Shown here piece by piece: positions 36,061-50,819 of a stretch of DNA of 63,739 nt. Under the pieces are notes generated by a model. That model saw only the letters and a program-made list of their open reading frames with translations, was not told the DNA's origin and did no database searches. The position numbers and the translations under genes are program-made. The DNA is taken from NCBI GenBank assembly GCA_034780895.1, contig JAUZTB010000076.1:38274867-38338605 (forward strand). Direction: 5' to 3'. This DNA comes from Rhynchobatus australiae (lineage: Eukaryota). Position 1 is the first letter of the stretch. Every line of letters starts with the position of its first letter.

Positions 36061-38039
36061 GTAAGTAACCTCAAAATTTTAATTGCTCATTTCATGTTTT
36101 TTATTTTAAACCAAATATTTCATATTTTTCAGTATCTATAGTTATATAAGTGGCAAATAGTTTGCCATGCATTATTACATCACTAAAAAGTTATTTCCCT
36201 AAAGTTGTCCATTCAGTTCTATGTTACAGCTAGTCATGCTTTGCAAGCTAGTTTAGCCGACTGATGAAAGCAAGCAGTTTAACTATAGTCCTTGTTTCTA
36301 ATGCAATTTTCTGCCTGATTTTGTACATTTAAAAAAAGCACACATTCAGAAAAGAATTGTGTATGACATCATGAACGGAATGATAATTAACCTTGTAACT
36401 CAATTAAAAATAGATGCATTGTTGAGAGAATACTTTTGTATCTTGTGCATGTATGTTGGCTAGGGATTTTACGATAACATTTTTGTAATGATGTAATGGT
36501 CTGTTCCTCATGAAAGCATTATGTTAGTCATAGAACTTGTTTTTAACAAGTATTTCCAACATTTCAGTTTCTACTCAAGAACTTGTTGGCAATCTGACTT
36601 TGCATTATGAATGCGTATGTAATGTTGTTCAATTTTGCTTGCTTATAGGTCTTGTCACTTGATATGTTGAGTAAATATACAGAAATGAGTTCCTGTTCAA
36701 AGTTAAAAAATGGTTTGTGTGAATAGCCCAGGAGCAAAATTATTAAAGTAACATAAGTACTTTTCCCTGCCTTGAAATGGATATGCAGTAGAAGTCTGAA
36801 TCATGGTTCTTCACCTGAGCTCTGGTACAATTCTGGAAGCTCTGATCCCATGATTCCTAGCGTGTTTGTGTTTTGTTTGGCTTCTAATCTCAACACTGGG
36901 AATTAGCTACCGATGGTTAAAAATATTATTATCCTTGAATAATGGCTATTTTCTTATCTGCCCTCCTATAAATTACCATATGCTGGCACATCACCACCCT
37001 TTCAGCCCCTACACTGCCTCTAAATTGTCAGAAATGTTTCTCTGAAACTAGGTACTAGATGATCAGAAATTTCCTCAACCATCTGTCCAAAGTAATTGTC
37101 TGAGACTTAACTAGACTGGTTACAATAAAAATGTAAAATACTGGTAATGCTCAAGCCAGGCAGCATGTTTTTAGACTGCTGATCTATCTCCGTATCTTTG
37201 CCATTGCAGAGACTGTATATTTGCACTTATAGTATTATCTGACTCTGAGTTTGCTTGTCCTCTAAAGCTGCCTTTCATGCCATTTTTACCTTTTTAGATC
37301 TTGTTCTAACTTGCTCTTAGCGAGCATCCCACATTCTGTCCACTAAAACTTGACCTGCCCGTGTCCCAATCTGCACCAAATCAATTTGCCTGTTCTACCT
37401 GATGTACATTAACTTGATGCAACCCCTTGCTTTTCAAAATTTGGATCCTAGTTTTCAAATCCCTCCGTTGCTTTGCCATTCCCCATCTTTCTAATCTCAT
37501 TGGCTTTGAGATATTTGAACTTCTCCAGTTCTGGCCTCATCGATGTCACTAAATTTACTTGCTGTAACATTGGTAACTGTGTTTTCAGGTGCCAAGGCTG
37601 AACAGTCTAGAATTATCTCACTGAACTTTTTACCCCTTTTTTTTTCCCCCTTTCCTTCAAACTTTTGATCATTTCTAAAGTATCATTCTGATATCAATTT
37701 CATTAGAAATATTCTGGGTGAAACATCTTGGGATGCTTTTGCAACACCAAAAATACAACTTGGTATTCATCTGTTGTATAAATACAATTTGGTATTGATC
37801 TGTTCTCTAGTATTGACTAATCTGCAAACTGCATTTTAACTACTTTGAATACTCTTGACTACTCCAAATATTGCCAAGGTTTGCCATTTGCTCTCAATCT
37901 GCAAACAATGCACATCTAATAGGATGCATCCTTTCCTCCTGCAGCAATAATGAGGGATTTGTTATCTTCAGATAGTTAAGAAATCTTTCTTTTTCTATAG
38001 ATACAAATATGTAGCAGATTGTATGTGAGGCAGTATGCA

Positions 38040-39310
38040 GCCTTTATTGCTCCATTCAGACAGTTTCATGGCTCATTGTTTGTTTGGTTAATGTTGTATG
38101 GCCGCATTCCAGGAATAGTATAGGCTTTAAGTTAACTGGGAATTTGTAGCCACTTCTCCCCAAATTTGACTGGCAGTTGGGCCACTGTGGCTTATAACTC
38201 AGTGATGGTGTTAGTGCCCACTTGTGGCTTGTTGATGTTAATATGCTTGGGAAGTTGTGTCCAGAAATTTCTGCTGGACTTAATTTTACCTTTGACAGCA
38301 CTGTGCAGTTTATAATTGGCTGTTGCTATGTCCATTTCTCCAATATATGTGAGTGCCTCCTATGTTTCCAGTTGCTGTTGGTAAGGTCTTGGGGATAGTC
38401 ATGTGATTAGGACTGGAAAACTGACCAAGTTCCTGTTCTTTGTACTTATTTTGCAATAGCATTGGCATAAGGAAGTAGTTGAAAAGTAAGCCCTGGGGTA
38501 ATGCTTTTTCAATGGGCAAAAGTTGGCAAAAATTGTCATGCCTCCAGTTGATGTTGTGTTCTGCCAATAAAATTTAGTATACATCAAAACTACTTGTTTT
38601 GTCGATCATTTTTCTGAAACATTTTCCATATTCTTGGATACTGATGTTTTGAAGTATTTTTGATTGAAACCTGGGGAATATGTTCAGGTAGTGATTAACA
38701 CTTCCTTTCCTGCTGAAGCAAGCAGTTGATATTGAAAGCAGTAGATGTCAACTTTCTGGGTTTTCAGGTGGCTCAGCAGACTGATTAACTGGTAATTTCT
38801 GGGTCACTGTTCTCTTCCTGGTTTGCAGATAAGAGAACAGTGATCTCCAGCACAGATGATGATTTAATTGCAGTAACCTTGCCAAATGTCTTACCATGAC
38901 TGCATTTGGTGATGCCACTCTTTGTTGGAACTTGGGTGCAGTTGGAGCAGCATGCAAACCTTGGTGGTGGTAATTGGCTGGAATCAAGGTAGTCCTGTTA
39001 GTTTCAAAGCATTATTTTCCATTATCTTTGGACTATTTGGAGTTTTAGAAGTTTTTAAATGGATATGGACTGCTCTCTTTGCTCAGCTGCTGCAGATTTC
39101 CTGATTTTTGTAATCTTTAATGCTCTCATTTCTCTTGAGTTTGCAACTTCTCTGTAGATCAGGATGCCCAGATTTCATAGTTTTGACCTGTCCATGTCCT
39201 GATGCCCAAATTTTGCTATCACTTGGCTTTTGTCGAAAACATTTTCACTATTTTGAGGTGGGCAAATGATGTTTGCTTTCTGTGTTGTACTGTAATGCCT
39301 TGGATTTTGT
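38040..39310 (-). mobile_element. Very old non-LTR retrotransposon remnant, tentatively Vingi/Ingi (I group)
   Basis: ORF 38056..38301 contains W...CQSNLGRSGY...LECGHTTLTKQTMSH, resembling the Vingi/Ingi C-terminal C..NL.KWGY...CECG...QTM.H zinc-knuckle region. Flanks show a matching strand-biased composition. Confidence 0.4.
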
Positions 39311-41296
39311 AAGCGCTAGTGAAACAATGGACCTCAAAAACCTGCCCCCCTAGAATCTAATAATCTGTGTAAAGCCTTTCCCTCTTTATTACAGCTGTGG
39401 TTAGGCATCAGTTTCTAGTAGATCTTTTCAGCAACAAAGATGGCATCAAGCAAGCAGAGCTACAAATTGCATTGAGGAGTTCTCAAAGGGAGCAAACTGC
39501 AAACAAAAAAAGCAATTTTGAACAAATTTTACAGAACATGAAAGATTAGAATGTACATGAGATTATTGTAAAGCTGAAATAGCAATGTTTATTGAATATT
39601 AAATTTGAAGGAATTACAAGCAGTACAGTTTATTCAGGCCTGTGAGGTATTTTTAAAAAAAAGTTTTGGTGCACTGTTGAAAACCCAACAGCTTATTCAG
39701 CGGATTCGTATGTAGCTGATGTTTATGTTCTTGGGATTTTACAACAAAAATAGCTCATAAATATTTATCACTGCTTTCTGAACAGTACTGTGGATATGTT
39801 TGCAAAAGGGCTTTCCTTGAGAGGAGCAGGGAATTGCTGACAATAGCTCCTGGAATGCCACATTTCACTCTGCCTTCTGTGGAAATTCCTATTAATTTTT
39901 GTGCTGTAATGATGGAGGATCACTGAAAATGTTACATTATTACAACCATAGGCCTTTCCAAGAGTTTTTTGTTTTCAAAATTGGATTAGCAGAATGGTAT
40001 GGATTGCAGCAGTTCTATGGCCAGGATCCTGCACACAATAAATCATGACTAATCTGTACCTAAACCCACCAGAATTATTTCATTAGTTGTCATACTTTTG
40101 CCAAAGGGAGAAAAATCTCTATTCTCCATTTTTATATAAAAGTTTTCAGTAGTCCTAGTCTCCAAAGCTGTTTAAAGGAGTGAGTTCCAAATTTCTGCTG
40201 TTTTTGGGTTAAGTAACACTTCTTGATACCAAGCCTTGAACTCGAGCTTTTTTTTTTAAGGTGGGGCTTCCTTATTCTGGTCAGTAGTGCCAGAGCAAAT
40301 AGTTATTACTGTGTATGTTATAAAATCTCTTGATCATAAACACTTTCATTAGATCACCCCCTCTTGTAACCTAGCCTACCTAATTTAATCTTTGGGATCT
40401 CAGAATCATTCTGGTAAACCCTGTGCTACACCTTCCAAGACTAAAATTTGTGAGGTATGATGAGAGTCTAATCCAAGTTTTGCATAGCTGTAATGTAACC
40501 CCTTTGAGTTGAGGTAAATTCAACCTTTCAGCTTTTAAGGATGTCTGTAGTTGGGTGACTAAAATCCTTCGCACATTCACAGTTCTTAGCTTGCTATTTT
40601 ATAGATATTTCCAGGTTGCATGGACACTTTTTTTTAAAAAAAACAACCATCTATGCTTACAGTGTAAATAAGGATTTCACAGTCTGTGATTTCTGAGAAA
40701 ATGTTGCGATGTTAAATGAAGCCAAGTGAATATGAATTGGTTCGGCTAGTTTAGTAGAATGGGAATGGCTGTTTGGGGAAGTTCTTGTTATAAATCTGGA
40801 AAATCAATAGTTAACAAAACAAAAACTAAACATTTATTTGAGTAATGCAGTTGAACACTTTGTATAGACTGCAGGAAAACCTGTTAACAAGATTCTTTAC
40901 CAGTTCATTGAAATGTATCTTTCAAAATGCTCTTGTTTCCTGTATCTTTGATTAAAGTTTAATGACACTATATTTGAGAGAATCTTGTTTTTATAACTGT
41001 TATGATTTGGAGATTTCTAGTTGGTGGGAATGTTGCTGTCATAAGTTGTTTATTATTGCCAACTAGTTCAATGGATTAAACTGCTTCACAGACGTTGCCC
41101 AACCTGAGTATTTCCAGGACTTTGTTTATTTCAAGGTTCCAACTTTCATTGTACTTTGTTTAATTATGATTTTGTTGTGCCAGTTCTGTTTCTCCTGTAC
41201 CCATTTGGGAGATGCCTTGTGATCTTAATGGTTGGCATTCATATAGTACTTTTATTCTTTGCAAATTCAAAGTTAACTTTTTTCATCTGTTTACAG

Positions 41297-41365
41297 TAAG
41301 AACTTCTCTCGATCTATTAAGATGACAGTATTTGCAATGTTGCTTGGTGCATTCAGTGCTGCCAG
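41297..41365 (+). CDS. SLC35D1: SLC35D1 exon 6 (69 nt)
   Basis: TTACAG| KNFSRSIKMTVFAMLLGAFSAA(S) |GTAAGA. Confidence 0.95.
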
Positions 41366-42319
41366 GTAAGATTATAATAAAAATTATAGCATGTTGCAGC
41401 ACGAAGAGGCTATTTGGCCCTTCAGTTTTCCATTTTTTTTCCTCTTCAAACCATTGAGTCGTAATCCTGGTCTACTTCCACTATACAGCTTTTGTCTTTT
41501 GTAGTGCATTACAAATAACTTCCATTTCCCTGTTTTTTAAACTCCCTGCTAATTTAAAGTCCTAAATGTTTGCTGTTTTTTCACAACATTTCATGGAGAA
41601 TTAGGTTCTATGATCAAGGGATTAGAGAAGAGCAAACAGAAGTTCTAGTCTTGATGTCTTGCATTACCTTTTGAGGAAATGGCCAAGGGTTATCATTTAT
41701 TTGTCTAAAAACAGCAACAGCCAGTAGACTTCAACAATGGTGCGACTTCAGCTTTCAACTTCCAGGCCCAGTGATGTGTGTCTTGGCCTTAACCAAAACA
41801 CATGATTTATTTGTTCTAAGACTATTGCAGAATTGAGCATCTTTGAGGTGAACAGGAGAGGAAAACTGGACACAAAATTGCCAATATGTCAATTTACTAT
41901 CGCCCATGCATGACTGCATGTATGTATTTCAATCCAAGCCCAATTTCCTTCTGATTTCTCCTGACCTCATGGGTGACAAAATGGTGAGCACTTGATTCCA
42001 ACCAAATAGTTGAGCCGTCTATGGTGAAGCACATTGAGGAGGAAACTATGAAATTGCTGATAATATTTTTTAAAAATTTAATACGTCTCTGTGGAGAGAA
42101 TTGAATATTAAATGCCACACAAATCATCTGAAAATTGGTTGTAACCCAAGTTACTTTGGATTTTAATTTCATAGTGTGAAATGAGTGAGCTTTGATTGTG
42201 AAGAATGCGCCAATGTTCTTGAACTTGCATGGTTTAAATTTTGCCCTCAGAATGTAGATTATAGTTATCCTTGGTTTAATGTGCAAAATGAAAGGAAACT
42301 GCTGTACTTTTTCTTTCAG

Positions 42320-42422
42320 TTCTGATATGGCATTTGACACATTCGGATATGGATACATTCTCACAAATGATGTATTAACAGCTGCTAATGGAGCTTATGT
42401 AAAGCAGAAATTGGAGTCAAAA
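42320..42422 (+). CDS. SLC35D1: SLC35D1 exon 7 (103 nt)
   Basis: TTTCAG| [34 protein letters not shown] |GTAAGT. Confidence 0.96.
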
Positions 42423-45400
42423 GTAAGTTTTAAAAAAAACCTTCCATCTAATGTTCCACTTGTGTCATCCTAGATCGTGCATAGATAGACCATTTGGATG
42501 GGGGAGTGCTGCAGGTGACTCTGCTTTCCCCTTGTTCACATTAGAAAATTTTCCATATTTTACACTTTCAGTTGATTAAAATCATTCAAGAACTTAAGAT
42601 GAATCTCCTACCCATCACCACCTCACTCATCAGGTATGGTAAGACTGTTTGGTTTGTATCCCAGATTTTTGTGCATATAAATACATAAATCTTGCCCCTC
42701 ATTTTGCTGCAGTCTGCCACGTGTCACTAGTTGATAATGTGGGTACATTTTTATTTCTCTTCCTCTGGAGTTGGTGCCACCAACATTGTGGCAGTTGTGT
42801 ATTTCTCAGGAGAAATGTTTTAAAAAAAACTCTTCTAATTCTCACCCCCTCAATATCAAATTAATATGACCAGGCAGGTCAGGCTTGGGGTTAAGTAAGG
42901 CAAAAAAAAAAGTGAGTCTTGGGGCAAGGATCCATAGGTGATAAGTTTGTTTTTGTGTGGTGCAAACTGCCAGATTTAAATGTGTTCCCATAAGCAGCTT
43001 GCCTGCTTGGCAGTGGGACATTGGGCAAGGTTTTGATTGGTATTGAAGCATCATAAGGTAAAGGTGCTTTCTCAGGAGTTGAAGCAAAAACCAACACTGA
43101 AGCAAAATGCCATGGATACTGAAAGTCTGAAACATCAACTGAAAATCCTAGAAGTGCAAGTCAGGCAGCACCTGTGGAGAGAAACTGTGGTAGTGTTGTG
43201 AGCCAATGAGCTTCTATTGTATCTGGACCAGAATGAAAAGTAACACTGTAAAGCTACTACAAGGAATGCCACTTTCAGCAGGTCAGGTTTTCAGATGCTG
43301 GTACGAGGAGTGAATATCCAAAAAAAAAGCTTCTGTTCCCTCCCTATGCCCAGCAACTGGCAAGTTGGTGAAAAGCACTGTACTAGTGGCACCAAATGCT
43401 CATGCCTTCCACATTGTTGAGATCTGGCTGCAGCGTTGCAATAAATTTTAATGGCTTTGCTAAAAGTGAGGCTTGTTTCCTCCTTGAACTGCCTGCACAG
43501 CTTTTCCAATGAGCTTTTGGATTATTATTGAATGGAAGAATGGCACAGCTGGATATGTTAGCGATTTCTCACTTTTTTTTCTTATTTAACCAATTTAGTT
43601 TCATGCTGAGTATGACAATCTGATCTGCTAGCACATGCATGTATGACTGTCCTAACTTTGCCATTCTTTTTTCTCTTCCCCGCGCTGCCACCCCCCACCA
43701 TATCTAAGATCCATCCAACAATTTGGTAGTTCTAGATAAACAAATAAGGATAAAATCACTTCTACTCTACCTGGCACCAGTTTTACAAATTGGCATCAAT
43801 TGTGGCTTAGAAGCCTTAAACTGGGGGGATTTGCAATGAGCATGAATGCTAGAAGTGATGAAGGAAGTACAGGATTGTTCTGCTAAAGTAGTTGTCAGTG
43901 AGCTGAACATTTGGGAAACAGACAGTTATCGGGACACAGATGCATGTGCACTCACCTCTTCTCCCTCACTGTGATAAGGGTCCTTATTTTTCGCTCCATC
44001 TATTGATTATTTTGGAGGGCAAAGCTATGGCATATCAAAAATTATAGGTTGAAATGCAAGAGGTCTGCTGTCACTAGAAAGCATTAGATCTTCATCTTGT
44101 TTCCAGATATATGTGTGGAAATTGAATTTTGTAAGAAGCATGCCACCAGTTGGGTTGCACTGACTAATGTTGATAATCACCATGTTAGTTGGAAGGAACT
44201 GGTAGCAAAATAGTTAGGAGCTGATGTGACCTAAAGTGCAGCCAACTCAGCTGTTGTAGAAAGCTGCAGTACTAACAGCCCATTTGGAAAATGTATGCAT
44301 TGCTCTTCAGAGTTGCATGTTTACTTTCTTGTCCTGCAAACCCTGGATGTGTCAGCATTCACCTGACATTGCATCTTTCACTTGCAGTTGTTAGTTCTTC
44401 CCTTCTACCTCCAGAGTGGAATTCTTTGCAGTTCAAAGCCAACAGTGACAACTACAACACTTTTAAAAAAAAATGTATTGTTAGCAAATGGTCATGTATT
44501 TTCTAAGTTTCAGGGAACACTAGAGAATTCTTTTAATTGGAAATGGCTGTTCAAGCTGTGTAATGCATGTGGTTGATTAATGAGTAGAGGAAGTGGCAAT
44601 AATTTGGTCATGAGGACAGAAAATGGAATTGCAATGACATCAGCCCACCCTAGTTTGAAATTATTTTAAAAAATGCTATCTATTGAAATAGAAGCCCCGG
44701 CTGCTAGGCCTAATCTTATCAGGAATTCTGACTAGTGGTAACTGGGTGATGTAGATTATAATTTTATCTGCTGCCACTGAGATTTTGAGTGTAAAGAAGT
44801 GAAATTGCCCCCTTGGTGTTTGAATGTGGTGTCTCTGAAATGAACCTGCAGAATGGAAGCTGTGTTTGAAATTAAGCGCACTTGATTTGAAGTTTGGTTG
44901 GTAGAGCATGGTGGCCCACATGGAAGTCTCCTTCAGAAAATACACGATAGCAGAAGCTGAGAAAACAAACTTTGATTTCTTTAATTCTGTAGATCATGGC
45001 TATCATTTGCAACTGTTGCATTTTTCTCTGTTATGCAATGGGAAGGCACATCTTTCAAATATAAATTTAAAAAAACCTCTCGCCCTCGAGTGCCTGTTTT
45101 TCTTTCTTTAATCTTGGATTTGGTCATTTGAGTTGTTTCAAAGTTTATTTTAAATGGCCTGATGGTCATAGCAGCCCTGTCCACTTTGGCCATGTGTGAA
45201 ATAATAAATCTCTTTGAAGTAAATTAAAGGTTTACAATCACGATTGGAATTATTTTTCAAAAGATGTGCCGAGCTGCAGTTGTGTCCATGCAGATATCAA
45301 AATGTAACTTTGATATAAATTTGAATACATTGTTGAAAACACAGGAATTGATACTAAGTTTCTTAATTAGGCTGTAGAAGAGTTCTCGATTGTGGGCAAC

Positions 45401-47334
45401 TTCCATGTTTTTTTTCCAATCTATTCTGCCTACTTTGCCTCCTTGATCATTCTTTTCTATCACTCATATTCTAACATGTACTCCATGGGCACTCTTGCTC
45501 GCCCTCAAATTTGTTCTCTCGTTTCTCCTTCCCTGCAGTGATGCCAACAAGAAGCAACAACAACTTATTGTCCACCTTGACCGCACATCTATGTTGTGAC
45601 TTTCTTAAAAACTTGGCTCACCTCTACGTCATTGGCCACTTATCCCATTGAGAAGCCTGTTGTTAGTGGAGTATATTGGGTGGGCAATTTGAGCATTTGT
45701 TAGAGATGTAATTGTTTCCATTTTAGGTTATGGGCTATACAAATATCTGCCAGAATCTCTCATAGCAGCTGACTACTTCCTCTGAGAATGATTTTGCTGA
45801 CTGTATTTTAGATTTTAGTTTGATTTTAGTAATGGCCCCAAATAAAGCCATGATTCTCTGTTATACCTGCAGCTGGGCCAACAGCTTTCAAGGAAAGAAC
45901 TGCTTCATAAACACTATTCCCATTGTAATAACTTGCTGTACCTTTTGTCCCTGTTGTAACGTGGCAGTGTTATTCCTTTTTAAGAGCTGGTTCCTGGTGT
46001 TTTTTTTTCTGGTTCTTCGACAGATTGATCATTGGCTACAGTTCTCAGCCATGCTTCTCCTGTCCCAATGGCATGTATAAAATAAGGAAGAGGGGTTTCC
46101 ATTGGAAAATTCATGCTAGGTCTGTCCCCTCTGCATTGAAGTCTCTGAACTTACCAACCAATTATATTCAGACCTAGAAAATATGGTGTTGCACACAGTA
46201 TTTCAGGATCAGTATTGTATTTCTGTGATAGATGTTTGCATGTAGTTGGTCAAAATTATGCAAATGGAAAATAGAGTATTAATCACTTTAGTCATGAATG
46301 TTCTGTATAAACATTAAAAAAAACAAATCGGTGGTCAAAATGGTTTCCAGTGCCGAATTGAGAACCTAATAAAAGGCTATTCAGAGAGGCCTCATCTAGA
46401 TCAATGGCACTTGAGAAAGTTTGAGCTACGTCAGAATTTTTCTTTAAAAGACCAACTTGTATTTTAAATGCTTATTTTTGCCATCCCATGTGGTGTAATT
46501 AACTGCTGCTAGGAAAGATTGCAGTTTCAACCATTGAGTTATGAAGGATACTTGATAAGCAGACATAGTCCTCTAAATTTGTGGGTTATGGTTAACGTAA
46601 TTATCACGAATACAAAAGCAGTGTTGCTTTAATGGGCGATTCTACCAAGAATTTCATTTCAGAGCTTTTTTATTTTATGCTACAAGGTATGTAGTGAAAG
46701 TTGTTCCAGTGTTATCATAACACACTTTCCAGGAGTTTGCTGAGAATTTAGAGCTGTAGCTAATCTTTTGAAAGAATCCATAAAGTTAAGGGAGTTAATT
46801 TTGTTCACTGTGTGCCTTTCATTAACCATATAAACATTGGCCTGTGCTTTCCCAATATCTATGTATCACTGTGCTTCAAATGTTTCCACTCTTGCTTTTA
46901 ACTGATGCATTGTTCTTTTTCGAGCAAACTCTATGATAAAAGTTTTCCATGTGATAATAACCTTCTGTATAGAGATTGCTACTAATCATTTTATGTATTA
47001 CTTCAAATTGATGATCTACTGTTACGAACAAACAAAATTACTTCCAAAATCCTTTGGAATTTTTTTAAGGTTCTCTTCTGCTTCATTGGAAATTAGTTCT
47101 GTCATTTTAACATCTCTAGCAGAGCATTTTTACACTCGGCAGTGGCCATATCTCATCTTTGAGGAATTTAGCATAACCTTATTGTATGCTCCTAAAAGAT
47201 CCAAAAATGTTTTTAACACTGGTTTTATTTGCCTGCACTTGCATTTAAATAATTCCTTCCCACATTTTTCATTTTTTTCAAAATGTCTTTCATATTTATG
47301 TAAAAATTGTGAAGTTATGCTTTTTTTTGGAGTC

Positions 47335-50300
47335 TAGATGTAGCTGGCAAGGCCAACATTTATTTCCTTAAAAAGGTGGTGTTGCAGTCTTCCTAATAGA
47401 AGACCACCCACTGTGGTGTTGTACAAGGTATTTCAGGATTTATACCCAGCTACAGAGAAGAACTGGTGATGTATTCCCATGTGAGGGTTGGTATGTGACT
47501 TAGAGGGGATCATGATGGTGGTGGCATACCATGAATCTGAAGCCAAGTTTGGGAGGACCTTTCAAAGTAATCCAGGTTTATACCTGCCTTGCATTTTGTA
47601 GATGGTGTTGTTGTGGAAGAAATAAGTTTATAGGGTAGTGAATGAGGTGCCAATTATGCAGGCTTCTTTGTCCTAGATGATGTCAATTTTTTTGCATTTT
47701 GTTGAAGCTCCACCCATGCAGATAAATGGAAAGCTTAATCTGTGCCTTGTAGATGGTGGAAAAGCTTTGGGCTGATAAGTCACTTGTTGCCAGAAAGGCA
47801 GCCTCTGGCCTGCTCCTGTCACCATGATATTTATGTGGCTGGCCCAGTTGAATTTCTGGTTAGTGGTGAGCCCCACAATGTTAATAGATATTGGTGATTG
47901 TTGTGTAATTGAATGTCTGGAGTAGGTGAATTGACCATTTTAAGTGGACATGGTCATTGCCGAGCAGTTTTGTGGGCGAGCTGGAAAGTCATTTATCTGC
48001 CTGTGCTAGAAAGTTGTTGATTTTGCTACATGCAAGTATGGACTAGTTCATTTGTTAAGGTGTAGCAGATGGAATGAAGATTGTGTAACCATCAGTGAAC
48101 ATCCCCATTTTTAACCTTGTGATAGAAGAAGTTATTAANNNNNNNNNNNNNNNNNNNNNNNNNNNNNNNNNNNNNNNNNNNNNNNNNNNNNNNNNNNNNN
48201 NNNNNNNNNNNNNNNNNNNNNNNNNNNNNNNNNNNNNNNNNNNNNNNNNNNNNNNNNNNNNNNNNNNNNNNNNNNNNNNNNNNNNNNNNNNNNNNNNNNN
48301 NNNNNNNNNNNNNNNNNNNNNNNNNNNNNNNNNNNNNNNNNNNNNNNNNAGAGATGTTACTAGTGCCTCAACTGGAATTCAGCTCTTTGTTCCATGTTTA
48401 GATCAGTGCTCTAAGGACTGGAGTTGAGTGGTCCTGGCAGAAAACCAAATTAGTGAACTGGATATTGAGGAGTAAATGCTGCTTGATAGCACTGTCAATG
48501 ACACCTTCCAAGGCTTTAGCAATTGAAAGCAAACTGGAAGATATTTGTCTAGTTTGGATTTGTCCTGCAAATGGGGCATACCTGGACAATTTCCTACAAT
48601 GTAGACAAAAGATTGCAGGTAATGGAATCTGCAACAAAAAATAGAATGCTGGAAGAATTCAGTGGGTCAGGCAGCATCTGTGGAGGCAAAAGGTATTGAA
48701 GTTCTGGGCTGAACCCCGCATCAGGACTAAAGGGAAGAGCAGATTGCCAGTACATAGAAGTATGAAGGGTGTGTGGGTTAGAGGCTAGCAGGTGATTGGG
48801 AGAATCAGACAGGGAAATGATGGATGGATGGAACTAGGTGGAGGGAGGGGAATGGGAGGTGAACAGAGGGAGAAGAAAACTAGGTGGTTGGATGAGTGTA
48901 TGCTAGAGGAGAACACCAGAGGTGTGAATTGCCTGAAATTGTTTATACTATTAGGTTGTATGCTACCCAAGTGAAACGACTTGTTCTTCCAATTTGCATT
49001 TGGTCTCTCTGTAGCAATGGAAAAACAAAGGATTGAGGGGTTAGTGTGGGAGTGGGAAGGAGAATTAAAATGATATGCGACAAGAAGCTCGAGATGGTAG
49101 TTGATGATCGAGTACAGGTACTCCACAAAACAGTTGGCTAGTCTATGTTTGGCTTCTCCAATGTAGAGAAAACCACATTGTGAGCACTGAATGCTGTAGA
49201 CCAGGTTGGAAGAGCCGCAGGTGAACTTCTGTCTCACGTGGAAGGTCTGTTTAGGTCACTGGATGGTGGTGTGGGAGGACATGAAGGGACAGGTATTACA
49301 CCTATGGTTGCAGAGGAAAATGCCAGGGGATGGGACAGGTGGGTGGGGAGGGATGAGTGGACCAGAGAGTCACAGAAGAGTGATCCCTGCCAATTTCCTA
49401 CATTATTGAATAGATACCAATATTGTAACTACTGGAATAGCTTGTTTGGAGGCGTAGTCATTACTGGAATGTGGACCTTGAGTACTGCAACCAGGTTGTT
49501 ATCTGGCTTTTATCCATTTCTTGATATCTGGTGGAGTGAACTAGTTGGTTGAAGACTGGCTTTTATGATGGTGGGGATATTGGGAGAAAGCCAAGATAGA
49601 CTGTCCACACAGCACTTAATGTGTTTGTGAAAGCTTTAGCCTTGTTTTTGGCATTTGAATGCTGGGCCCTGCAACCATTGAGGTTAGCTGCCACCTCCCA
49701 ATTAACTGTCCAATTGTCTGCTGCTCTTCATTATTAGATGTGGCAAGACTGCAGAATTTTGATCCCATATAGTTAAGAGATTACTTAGTTCTGTGTGTTG
49801 CATGCTTTTTGTTTCTTTTAGCATTTTAGTTCTGTGCAGCTTCAGCTTGCCACTTCAGTTTGAGGTGCACCTAGCACAACCTACAATGCCCTTCTGCACC
49901 TTCTGGAACCAGGTTTGATATTAAAGATGGTGAGGGATATGTCAGTCAATGTAGCAATGTATTTTTCTGCTATGGCTGATGGTCCACAGCACCACTATAT
50001 ACCCAGTTATGAGTTGCCAGATCTGTACTGAATCATTTGTCCCATTCTAGCACAATTGTAATGGCACACATCATGGTGGAGGTGACTTCAATGGATTTTG
50101 TTTCCAAGAACCATGTGATTTCCTCTAGCTGTGGCAATATGAACCACATGTATAACCCAGTCATGAGGATTGATAGACTAGTTAGATTGTGGTCAGGTAT
50201 ATTTACCTCTTGTGTTGGTTCACTCACTACCTGCTGCAGACCTAATTTAGCAGCTGTGTCTTTTGGGACCTGGCCAGTTCAGTCAGAGGTGACACTACCA

Positions 50301-50690
50301 AGCCATTCGTTCTACTATCCTCATACCTAGAGTATATTCTTTGCTAATTTTGGTCTCCATTTCAATTGCTCTTCAACAAGAAGTACTAATCAGTCAGCTG
50401 AGGAAGGATGTTAGGTTGTAATCTGGAGACTTTCTGGCCCTTATTTGTTGCCACGAGACTTCATGGAATCTGGTTTCAATTATGGTTGTTCTAAGGGTCT
50501 ATCCTACTGGTGACTGGAGGAATCAGGCATATTTTAAGGTATTGTTGTGTGTGGATCACTTTTCTGTCAGGCTGTTCTTTTAGCTGGTGGCTTGTCCACT
50601 GAGGTGGTTCACTAGTTCCAGGAAGTTGTCCACTGAGTTGAATCATTTTTCCTATTCTACCCTGTATGAGCCACAAGACTGAGATTGCCA
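47335..50690 (-). mobile_element. Long decayed CR1-like LINE, split by a Penelope insertion
   Basis: 3' end GATGTAGCTGGCAAGGCCAACATTTATT at about 47338. Minus-strand peptides QKFNWASHINIMVTGAGQRL and LEGVIDSAIKQHLL. Resumes after about 49400 through EN-like text (EPTQEVNIPDHNLT). Confidence 0.65.
48600..49390 (-). mobile_element. Penelope GIY-YIG endonuclease plus terminal repeat
   Basis: RQKFTCGSSNLVYSIQCSQCGFLYIGEAKHRLANCFVEYL...HFNSPSHSH (VY..YIG core); terminal GAATGCTGGAAGAATTCAGTGGGTCAGGCAGCATCTGTGG. Confidence 0.85.
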
Positions 50691-50819
50691 AGTGGTGTCT
50701 TATGCTACTGGTTTCTAACTTTAAAGGAATCGGACTATTAAAATGCTGTTAGTATTGGGTAGAGGATTTTGAATTTGGTGATTTGAAAATAATTCCATCT
50801 CATAATTCATATTTGGCCC

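Noticed and set aside
41897-42364. 155-aa minus ORF overlapping SLC35D1 exon 7
   Set aside because: No recognisable domain or splice context, AT-biased composition, and partly constrained by the sense exon.
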